Below, piece after piece: positions 53,487 to 64,000 of a stretch of DNA of 64,000 nt. Each line of letters opens with the position of its first letter. Within the stretch, counting starts at the first letter, position 1. The translations under genes were made by a program, and so were the position numbers. Location: NCBI RefSeq assembly GCF_006345805.1, contig NC_043008.1, forward strand, positions 35,464,001 through 35,528,000, given 5' to 3'. The DNA is from Octopus sinensis. Taxonomy: Eukaryota. The notes below the pieces were generated by a model. That model had not been told where the DNA came from. It saw only the letters and a list, made by a program, of their open reading frames with translations, and ran no database searches.

Positions 53487-54900
53487 AAGTATCACTACAA
53501 AAATATCGATACCCTTTTTACCAATACATAAGAGCGAACGGTAAAAGATATCTGGATGACTGCTTTATCCTTTGGAATGAAAGTATTGATAAACTATTCA
53601 AATTTAAAATACTGCTCAATGGTATAACGGCTAACATCCAATTCACAATGGAGTACACAAAGAGAAACTTCCATTTCTTCCCGTTTTAATTTTAAAAAAA
53701 CGTCGATAACCAAATTGAAGCCGATATCTATTATAAACCCACAAATTCGAAGCAATGCCTACTATTAAATTCATACCACCCGAAACACATTAAAATAAAG
53801 ATTCCTTTCAATTTAGCGAAAAAGAGTTGCACAATTGTGTCTGATAACAAAAACCAGGACCTACGATTTCATGAACTTATAATCATACTGGTCGAGCGAC
53901 GTTATCCAACTTCAGTGATAGATGATGGTATAAAATGCCAAGAGAATTGATATCCAGACACAGAGAAGTAGAACGAAATAATACTCGATTTAAAAATACT
54001 ATGCTATTTCTACTACAACCCTAGAAACAATGAGGCATATAACATTATTATTCAAAACTTTCCTCTGCTCATTTGTGACACTGAGTTGACTCAAATTCTC
54101 CCTACACACAAAGTAATTAGAAGTTATAAAAAAAACACAACCAAAATCACTAAAGAGTATAGTGACAGATGCAAAATTATAACCAGCAGTAACGGAACCA
54201 AGAGTTAAAAACGCGGGTGACAAACCGTAGAACATTTCAAACCTACTGGAAGGTTCGATTTTCCATTTCAAACAAGGACAAAGATTCAAAATCAAGATCG
54301 AGTTTGCCAGTGCATCCGAAAACTAAATCTACGTCGTATCTTGTTCAGGATGCAAACAAGAATACCTATTTGAATGAGAATTAGAATGAGAATTAGAATG
54401 AGAATTAGAACATAAGGAACATAAGAACACAAGGAACAAAGCCGCTTCCCAAGATAAACAATCACCACTAAGCGAACACATAGAGATGTGCAGGGAATCT
54501 GCAGCCAAACTTCAAAATTTTTTTCCTTACATACCAACTAATGCAATGGGACAACTTCTGCAACAACATTTATTGAAAAATATTAACCGCGCCCAAATAT
54601 GAACATATAACTAATTTTGGACTATGTAAATATTTTAGTTCATAAATATATATCTTTTTAATCTACGTATAATCAATATAATTTCCAAAAAAAGTGGGGT
54701 AACAATCTTCCCGGCTTCGAATAATAACAATCACTGACTACCTCATCTAAAATATATTTATCTCCCGATTCATTTACAAAATATTTGTTCTCCTACTAAC
54801 ATGGGATAAAAAACAATTTTAATGAGAGCGTGAAATTTTAACATTATCATTAACTGCTTAGTCATGATTAGCATAAGCGAAACTGGTCGACTATGCAAAA
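53487..54900 (+). mobile_element. 5'-truncated Penelope-like element (RT C-half, GIY-YIG, 3' region with hammerhead)
   Basis: KRYLDDCFILW, NIQFTME, IYYKPTNSKQ, HPKHIK.KIPFNLA, then RFKIK..ASEN*IYVVSCSGCKQEY; frameshifted; starts at (TA)n. Confidence 0.93.
54859..54893 (+). ncRNA. Degenerate hammerhead motif at the PLE 3' end
   Basis: UAGUC-AUGAUUA-GC(AUAA)GC-GAAAC(UG)GUC-GACUA: perfect 5-bp helix I, GUC triplet, two core substitutions. Confidence 0.65.
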
Positions 54901-55113
54901 TATTTTATTTCATGAAAACATTTTTTCCAACATGAAATTTCTGTGCATTGACAGATAGATAGATAGATAGATAGATAGATATATATATATAGAGAGAGAG
55001 AGAGAAAGAGATACATACATGCATACATACATACATACATACATACATACATACATACATACATACATACATACATACATACATACATACATACATACAT
55101 ACATACATACATA

Positions 55114-56010
55114 CAGGGAAAGCAGTAACATGTGACAACCGATGCAGACTTTGTGGAGTTAACACCGAAGACATCACCTACATCATAAGCAGATGTTCGA
55201 AAATGTCATTACGGTATTATCTACCAATGAGATATGATGTAGCTAGGGCACTCTATAATGAAATCCGTCGGAAACATAACTCCGAGGATAAAGAAATAAG
55301 AACCCACAGTATGATAGAAACCATAGCCACTCGTAATAAAAAGGAGTACTGATGGAATGTCCCAGTGAAGACCTCAATAAAATGTAAGCACAACAGACCT
55401 GATATAATAATTTGGGATACAGAAGTGAAACAGTGCTCAGTTGTGGAAATTAGCTGCACAGCGGATGTTAACATAAAGCTGAAGATCAGCGAAAAATAGA
55501 ATACCTAAGCTGAACTATTGAGAAATCTGCAGTTACTCTATCCAGATAACAAATTCAGGTTTATACCTGTAATTATTGGGGCCCTGAGATATATAACACA
55601 CTGCCTAAATACCAATCTTGAGAAATTAAGCTTCTCAAAACCAGAAAGGAGAAAGCTAATTCGAAAATTATAGATCCAGTCCATCACTAGAAATGTAAAA
55701 ATCAATAAAACTTTAAGTATATACGACCATGTCTAGATTTGCAACTATATGCATGAGAATACATACATAAAGCAAAACACAAATTTGCACATACACACAC
55801 ACACATACATACATACATACATACATTCATACATATACATACATACATACATACATACATACATACATACATACATACATACATACATACAAAACTACAC
55901 TGTTGTTCATGTTGAAATTCTAATGAAGGAGCCTTGAATTTAGGTTAGAAACTGATTCTTTCTCTATTGACAAAAAACCTTGAGATAAAACTGAACAATG
56001 ATATACATAC
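55114..56010 (+). mobile_element. R4/Dong-type LINE 3' part (zinc knuckle, restriction-like endonuclease, 3'UTR)
   Basis: CRLC..ED.T[H>Y]I...C, KHNRPDIIIWD, VVEISC, IPVIIGAL; in-frame stops; (ATAC)n at both ends. Confidence 0.93.
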
Positions 56011-56616
56011 ATACATACATGCATGCATACATACATACATACATACATTACATACATACATACCATACATACATACATACATACATACATGCATGCATGC
56101 ATACATACATACATAAAGCAAAACACAAATCTGCACATACACACACACATATATATATTTACATGTGTATATATATATACACACACACATATATATATTT
56201 ACATGTGTATATATATATATATATACATACACACACACACATACATACATACATACATACATGCATGCATGCATACATACATACAAACATAATACATACA
56301 TACATACATACATACATACATACATACATACATACATACATACATACATACATACATACATACATACATACATACATACATACATACATAGAGGAGTATG
56401 TGTCATACAATTCCAAAGTTTTAAATGGAAATATTTCTTCTTGAAGAAACGTGTTACTGGTAAAGGTCAAAGATTTATTAGTGAAATCAACTGGGGTCAC
56501 TGCGTCAACCAGTAATCTTCAGAGCTAAGAAAGGGAAGCAGGCTGCTGCGTGAACATTCTGACTTAAATTTAATATGCGTGCGCATCTATGTTTGTGTTT
56601 GTCTAAACTCATATAC

Positions 56617-57017
56617 AGGCGCAGGAATGGCCGTGCGGTTAGAAGTTTGCTTCTCAACCACATTGATGCGGATTCAGCCCCACTGCATGGCACCTTGAGT
56701 TGGCGTCTTCTACTATAGCCTAGACCAAAGCTTTGTCAGTGGATTTGGTAGACGGAAACTGAGAGAAGACCGTCGCATGTGTGTGTATGTGTATGTGTGT
56801 GTGTGTGTCTTTACGCTTTTGCTCATCTCTCACCACCGCCTGACAACCGGTGTTGGTGAGTTTACTTCCCCGTTACATGGCAATTCGGCAAAAGGGATCG
56901 ATAGAATAAGTATCAGACTGAAGATAAATAAGCACTGGTGTCGATTCCTTCGACTGAAATTCTTGAAAGCGGTGTTCCAGCATGGCCGCGGTCTAATGAC
57001 TGAAACAAGTAAAAGAA
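56617..57017 (+). mobile_element. SINE A, full length
   Basis: All modules present; short internal (TG)n. Confidence 0.9.
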
Positions 57018-57049
57018 TGGTATATACATATACACGTATGTATATATTC

Positions 57050-57107
<58 letters not shown>

Positions 57108-57142
57108 CACACACACGGATGTATAAATTCATGTTTTTCTTG

Positions 57143-57355
57143 TCTTTTAGTTTAATACTTGCTTTAGTCATTGGACAGTGGCTATGCTGGGGCATCGACT
57201 GCAGCGCTGAAGGATTTTCGTGGAAGGAATCGTCCGCAGAACTAATTCTTTAAAATTCTGTAACTTACTTTAACGGTATCCTCTGCTCAGGGACGTAACC
57301 AAACCGACGCTTGTTGAGTGGTAGTGGAGGGACAAACCCAAATACAATGACACAT
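57143..57355 (-). mobile_element. Old SINE A 3' half
   Basis: tacttgctttagtcattggacagtggctatgctggggcatc and gggacaaac in reverse orientation. Confidence 0.6.
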
Positions 57356-57381
57356 ACACAGAAAAATATGTGTATGTGCGT

Positions 57382-57415
<34 letters not shown>

Positions 57416-58045
57416 TTATATGTATGTATGTATGTATGTACACAAACATTCATACACACACATATATATATTTACATGTGTATATATATATACACACACA
57501 CATATATGTAACGCTGACGGAATTGTCAAATTGCCAATTGTTTTATGAACCAGAAATCTAACGAACCTTAAGCATATATTGATATTTTTTCTTATTATTA
57601 TAGATGAATGGTTCACAACCATCTTGTTGTTCATGACCCTTTCTGAATCTAACAAACCTCTGCGGTTATCTCAGAGATGCTATTAGTTTTTAAAAAATAT
57701 AATTTTACCGTTTGCAATGTTTATTAATTGCAATTGCATCATATAAGCACTTAGTGCCTCTAGCAGCTTACAAAGATAGCTTTTTCTATAAAATCGAATT
57801 CTAGCAAATAAAATTCTATGAAGATGTATAAGAGCAGTAGAGCATAAACTATAAGGATTGCTAATATCAAAAAGAAAAAAAAGAACATTATTTAATAGCG
57901 CATTCTTTTTGTAAAACAAAATATTTAGAAAAAGGCAGGCATCGCTATGTAATTAATAAATTCGCTTCGTAATTATGTGGTTTCTATTTCGGTTTCACTG
58001 CGCTGCACTTTGAGATAATCCCTGAGCTTACGTTAGAGTGAATTT

Positions 58046-58288
58046 TCTTCCTTTCTTTGCGCCCTTTTAAAGCCTAGCCAGGCTCATGGGCCCGGTTTCC
58101 CGGTTTCTAAGGCGTAAGTGTTCCCCAGCTGAACGAGACGCCAGTCTATCGCAGCGTTACTCATTTTTGCCAGCTGAGTGGACTGGAGTGTTTTGCTCAA
58201 GAACACAACGCGCCGCCCAGTCCAGGAATGGAAACCACAATCTTACGATCATGGTGCTGAGACCCTAACCACTTAGCCACGCGCCTCC
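58046..58288 (-). mobile_element. SINE C2 with 12-bp TSD
   Basis: TSD tagagtgaattt at 58034-58045 and 58289-58300. Confidence 0.93.
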
Positions 58289-58452
58289 TAGAGTGAATTT
58301 AGTAAAACAGAAAGTCATGTGTGTGTGTGTGTGTACAAGATATTGGTCGACTGGGGCTGACCAAAATATTGTAGTGGTGTGTAGTTTGCCAACCCGTATT
58401 GCCAAAAGCGAGAAAAGTCCTCCACAGCAAATTAACATATGTCAAAAACTGT

Positions 58453-58773
58453 GAAGGTGTATGGCTTAGTGGTTAGGGTAATCGGCTCACAATTGTAGAG
58501 TCATGAGTTCGATTCCTGGCGGCACGTGGTGTCCTTGAGCAAGACACTTTATTTCACATTGCTCCAGTTCACTCAGTTGGCAAAAGTGAGTTGTACTTGA
58601 AATTCAAAGAGCCAGCCTTGTCACATTCTGTGTCACGCTGAATCTCCTTCAGAACTACATTATGGATATGCATGTCTGTGGAGTGCTCAGTCACTTGCAT
58701 GTAATTTCATCAGCAGGCCGTTCCGTTGATCAATTCAACTGATACACTCATCGTCGTAACCTACGGAGTGCCA
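58453..58773 (+). mobile_element. SINE C3
   Basis: Head tggcttagtggttaggg..gagttcgattcctg, CORE-like gtgtccttgagcaagacact, 3' module shared with 37923. Confidence 0.88.
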
Positions 58774-59641
58774 GTTAGTTACAGGTCAAACGTATTTGAA
58801 GTGATCAAACTGCTTGTTCTTAATTTCTTGAAATTATCTCCCTTTTTCTTTCAGAGTCGCTAAATATTGCCGCTCGGCTTTTGTTTTCTTTCCCAAACTA
58901 AGAGGGAAATTTCAATTAAGATTTTTCTTTTCCTTTCTTTTTACCCCTGCTCCATTCAAAACATTTCTCTTTAATTTATTCATGTTTGTGTTCTTATTTG
59001 GTTGCTAGTTGAGATTTAATTGTAATTAACGTCATTGTTTCTCCTTTGGCAATATTGATTCTTTATATAAATATATTATAGTAATTACATTTATTTAGGT
59101 ATACATATATATATATATATGTGAATGTGTGTGTGTGTGTGAGAGAGAGAGAGAGTGACTATATTGAAATAGCGTCATAAATATTTATTTAGCTACAAAT
59201 CACGAACTAATTATTAACTGATGAACAAAGCTTTATTTGTTAAATTTTCAGACAACAGACAGTCTTTCGTATTATAATTTCTTGGTAAATAAACTGGATT
59301 TATAAATCTAATGTTTGTAATCACTCTGTGAAAAATTAATCATATCTAATCAGTGTGTGATAATCAAATATTTTCAAAACGAATACGTAACCTAATACTC
59401 ATGTGTATTTCTAAATGACAAACTGTGTTCATTCTTTTGAAAAATAAACGCAATTTTTTCTTTGTTGATCAAAAATAATCTCTTTGCTTTTTTCGTTTTT
59501 TGTTTTACTTCCATAACAAACAAAGTGGACTTGTACAACTGGCACTCTGACGGACAAAATCTCTTGCGATGTATAAATATGACCCTTTATGTTCTCATTT
59601 CATCTCCTGTCAGAATCAGTTTTACCCTTTATCCTTCAGTT

Positions 59642-59990
59642 GTCGACAAAATATAGCACCAGTTAAGTACTTGCATCCATACAATTGATACAGGTCATTC
59701 AAAAGTACTAGGGAAAGATTGAACTCGATATAGGCGACAGAATAAAATACTAGTGAAATGCTGATGTCCATATAATCGATACAGGCAATTAAATAAAGTA
59801 TTAGTTAAATAGCTGGACTTGATGTAATCCATAGCAGCAATACTGGACCCGATATAATCAATATAGTCGATAAATTAAAGTACTTCTGAAGTACTGGCGT
59901 CCATATGCCAGTGAACTCCAAAACTCGATAGAATCAATATAGTTTATACAATAAAGTACCACTTCAGTATTAGTGTCTGATATCATTAGT
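59642..59990 (+). repeat. Degenerate ~50-bp tandem array derived from the SINE B core
   Basis: About 7 decayed units of gtcgataaaataagtaccagttaagtactggggtcgatataatcgatac, following a SINE B-like lead-in at 59590-59641. Confidence 0.6.
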
Positions 59991-60109
59991 TCCTGATTTC
60001 TAGTTAAATTAGTATTTGTGACGCTATTTTGATAGTCACACATGTACACACCCATTCATATATACATACATGCATGCATACATACATTCATGTATTCATG
60101 TGTGTGTGT

Positions 60110-60214
<105 letters not shown>

Positions 60215-60707
60215 CTAAATGTAATAACTTTAACATATTTATGTATATAAGGAATCAATATTGCTGAAAGACAGACAATGATGTTAATTAAAATCAAATT
60301 AACACCATTGATATGCCTACCCCAAATTTGCGGCCATGTGCCTTTGTTAGAAATCAATATCACAAATCTATATTTACGTATCGATATTAGTAGAACGATA
60401 TGCTACAAACTTTGGAGTAAATGACAACCTCGTAGCAGGTCAAAATTATGATCGAATTTCGAATTTTGTTTGGTACAAGTTCACTTTATTTACACCGTTA
60501 AATCTCTTGGAAAAGGTATGTCTATCGTAACTTCTCAGACTTCGTGTCCCTTAAAGTAACTTTATAATCCAGTCAAAAGGATTAGGCGATGTTTATGGAG
60601 ACTAATAATATATCTGGCATCCTCTTAGTTATTAGGCGACCAGATCCAAGGTAGAGATGCCTTATGGCTTTTTTCACTACCTTTTTAAATCCAACACTGT
60701 AGAACAA

Positions 60708-60845
60708 ATATGAGCTACCTTTTTCGAGAGGCGGGCTGTATGAGACGTGGATCATCGTCAGGCGGACCGCACTACTAAAAGAAGGTCAATGAAATTTTTC
60801 GTAAGGCCTGCCATTCAAAAAATCTTGCGGGCCGTGGTTTACCAA
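60708..60845. mobile_element. Second, older copy of the hAT MITE
   Basis: gggc.g.atgagac..gg.tcatc.tca.gcgg...gcact.ctaaaa and gcgggccg are shared with 12765-12956. Confidence 0.55.
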
Positions 60846-61363
60846 ACAGAAAATGTAGAAAATATCAAATTATCCGTTAAATATGCAGAATCTCAGCTTC
60901 CTTGAATTTTCGATTACCGAATCAAATGCAAAGTTCGCTCCGGTAATGCTGCTAATGATGTTTAGAAAGTGTATCAATGACACAGAATAGTTTTCCTCCG
61001 TCTCATATAGTTACAGTGATGTCTAAATAGCAACTATATTGTGTAAGAGACATTCTTCAGGCTATTGAATAACACACAAAACTGTTAACTTGATTTCAAA
61101 TTTAAATTCATTCGATGGGAAATCAAACTATACGGAATTGTGTCAGGGGCAAGTTCGCACAACGACGACAAAAATTTGATAGCCCATGAAACGAAAATAA
61201 AATAAATTTGGCAGCTTTGAGTTTTACTGAATGGCTGGAATGGCTTCTTCGCGATGAATTTGCTTGAGTTTCATTACACGATCTCAGTTAAGATAAAGCC
61301 ACTTGCTAGTCGGGTACAATCTTACTATTTACAATGTGTTGTTTTTAAAATCTCGTCACTCAT

Positions 61364-61596
61364 AGGCGAAAACACGGTGGTCGAGTGATAGGACCTTTGC
61401 TTCCCAGTTACGTGGCTCCAAATCCAGTCTAACTACGTGGCACCTTGGGCAAGTTTCTTCTACAACAGCCATGAGCCGACAAATACCTTATGAGTGAATT
61501 TGGTAGACGGAAACTGGAAGCGACTCATCGTGTATACATATATATGAGTATGTATGTGTGTGTTTGTGTATGTGTGTGTGTATGTGTGTGTGTGTA

Positions 61597-61634
<38 letters not shown>

Positions 61635-61852
61635 AGTGTCTTTGTGTCTGTCTCCATCGCAGCTTGGCAAGCGATGTTGCATGGTTACGTCTCCATAACT
61701 TAGTGGTTCAGCAAAAGCGACCGATCAAATACGTATCAGACTTTTAAAAGCGGTAAAAAAACGGGAGGTGATTTGTTCGATTGCAAAAACTCTTCAAGAA
61801 GGTGCCCCAGTATGGTCGCAGTCCAGTGACTAAAGCAAGTAAAAGATTAAAA
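61364..61852 (+). mobile_element. SINE A, diverged full length
   Basis: gtggcaccttgggcaag, gtgaatttggtagacggaaact, internal (TG)n, ggtgccccagtatggtcgcag tail. Confidence 0.85.
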
Positions 61853-62562
61853 TATGAAATGATTCTGTGAAATAAGAACTTGAGAATTTTAAATTCGAAT
61901 TGCGTTGTTCGGAACTTGAATAGAATGCAGAGTTCTGTGGCAATATAAAAATATCACTGGTGAACACCTCAGTTTATGTTCGTTGACAGATTCTTAAAGG
62001 AACCGTTTTGCAGAAAATAGATCCTAACGAAACTACCTCCTCATTGAATTAACGTTAGTATTTCCTAAACATTTTTGTTTAGGAAATACTAACTTTTGTT
62101 CCTAAACCCTTAAAACAGTTCTTATGGAGAATCAGCATGACACAGAATAGACTTTTGGAATAGAAAATTACAGATATAATCCTCAGTTTATGCTATCCAT
62201 TTTCAACGCGTGTCTTAATCTGGAGTTTTGTTAGAAGGCGCCTAAGATGCTGTGTATTTACAGCGAACCCGAGACTTCTTGATTACAAAGCGAACTTTAT
62301 AACTTTACAACCATATTGTATCCATACTATTTAGTAATGGTATGATAGAAAGTGTAGTCTATCAGTTGTCTGCGCTAATTTGAGGGCTCTTAAAATATTA
62401 GGAGCTGACTGCATCCTACCAGCTGAAAACCTAAACTCAGAGGTTTTCAGTTGACAGTGTCCAGTCAGCTCACCAAAACAAACTATGTAATATGAAGTAA
62501 TATGAAATAATATGAAGGTAGTGCTTCGTTGTTTCCGGTGTTTCAGCATCGGAAGGATTAAA

Positions 62563-62762
62563 AATATATGGCCAGCAATTTCGAGGTAGGAGGCTAGTCG
62601 ACTACATCGACCCCAATTTCCAACTAGTACTTATTTTATCGACCCCGAAAGGATGAAAGATAGAGTCAACCTCGGCGGAATTTGAACTCAGAACATGAAG
62701 ACGGCCGAAATGCTACTAAGAATATTGCCTGGCGTCCAAACGATTTTGCCAGCTCGCTGCCA
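62563..62762 (-). mobile_element. SINE B monomer
   Basis: atcgaccccgaaaggatgaaag..ctcggcggaatttgaactcagaac..gccagctcgc. Confidence 0.88.
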
Positions 62763-63017
62763 TAGAATGATTAAATGTATTAAAGCCAAGTCGCTTAAGC
62801 AAGGGAGACAAATCTACATATTTCTTGTTCCTTTACAAACAAGTTAATTTACGGTCAGGAAGCAATAAGGAACAATATACGTCCACCAACGACGGCACAA
62901 GCGTTAGAGGAGTCACTGTTGCTTGGCCAAAGAATATTGATAATTAAATTATGTTTCTTAGTCATTGTCTTTAAACACATTGCATATTTCTGAATTTCGA
63001 AAAATAAAAAACTGTAT

Positions 63018-63047
63018 ATTTTGTTGTGTGCGCGTGTGTGTGTGTGT

Positions 63048-63098
<51 letters not shown>

Positions 63099-63290
63099 TA
63101 CGCGCGTGTATGAATTCTGTGTTTGTGTGTATTTGTGTATGTGTGTGTGTGTGTATGTGTGTGTATGTGTGTGTGTATGAAGGCATATACTGTAAGCACG
63201 CACACAGTATATGCCTTCATACAGTAGATGAAAAGAAACATGTTTATATAGAGAGAGAATTTTGTTGTGTGCGCGTGTGTGTGTGTGTGT

Positions 63291-63343
<53 letters not shown>

Positions 63344-63501
63344 TACGCGCGTGTATGAATTCTGTGTTTGTGTGTATTTGTGTATGTGTGTGTGTGTATG
63401 TGTGTGTATGTGTGTGTGTATGAAGGCATATACTGTAAGCACGCACACAGTATATGCCTTCATACAGTAGATGAAAAGAAACATGTTTATATAGAGAGAG
63501 A
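63018..63501. repeat. Tandem duplication (241 and 243 bp); each unit has a perfect 20-bp hairpin
   Basis: Units start at 63018 and 63259 and differ only in (TG)n length; hairpins at 63174-63223 and 63417-63466. Confidence 0.95.
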
Positions 63502-63660
63502 ATTTACAAAAAAAAAAGACGAAGACGGGTGTGTAAACAACAAATAGATGTATTAGTTTAACGCTCGGGAAGTGAGAGTCTTTGACGTTTCGAGCCTACG
63601 CTCTTCGACGGAAAGGATCACAGAAAAGAGAGAAGATAGAAAACGGTTTAGTGGTTAGTG
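63490..63660 (-). mobile_element. Second copy of the 27638 PLE-type repeat, hammerhead-like motif at 63580-63615
   Basis: Minus strand CUUU-CCGUCGA-A-GAGC(GUAG)GCUC-GAAACGUC-AAAG. Confidence 0.7.
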
Positions 63661-63697
63661 ATCTATCATGGCGCCTGTGTGTTTACATGTATATTCA

Positions 63698-63728
<31 letters not shown>

Positions 63729-64000
63729 AGGCATAAGAAAAATTTCAATAGACACAAGCGGTGGGTGAATAGTTTCTAATGTTTCGGGTAATCCTTCTTC
63801 AAAGTTGAGTGAGAATGAAATTCGAGAAGGCAGACGAACTTTACCTTTCCTCTATCTAAGTGACCGGCAGCAATTCATTGGGATTGCAAAACAACGTGAA
63901 GAGTGCATGAATGAATAGAGAGAGGGAGAGAGAGAGAGAAAGAAAGAAAGCAAGAAAGAAGCTAAGAAAAAGAAAAAGGAAAGGAAAAGACAAGAGACAA

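Overview
AT-rich eukaryotic, largely non-coding DNA that reads as coleoid cephalopod, most likely Octopus. This is inferred from the tRNA-derived SINE families and the very high TA/CA/GATA/TACA/GAA microsatellite load, not from a database search. No host gene can be confidently identified; there are only a few weak exon candidates, including a signal-peptide-like first exon beside GC and CCAAT boxes at about 23.7-23.8 kb. Most ORFs in the track are microsatellite artefacts. Recognisable content: three groups of tRNA-headed SINEs (A, B, C here), Penelope-like element (PLE) remnants with RT and GIY-YIG domains, R4/Dong-type RLE LINE fragments in (TACA)n, an RTE fragment, a CR1/Zenon-type LINE, a possible L1/Tx1 remnant, a mariner remnant, an internally deleted Helitron with a PIF1-type helicase end, two hAT MITEs and an LTR-like segment. 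The main unannotated signal is a set of minimal type I hammerhead-ribozyme-like motifs with palindromic helix III in short, apparently unrelated repeats, most of which abut (TA)n. One has an intact core (51488-51532) and one is enclosed by 35-bp inverted repeats (52703-53001). Other notable structure includes a 190-bp loopless palindrome, SINE dimers with a fixed junction, a SINE-derived satellite and microhomology-joined duplications. All alignments, translations and folds were done by eye.
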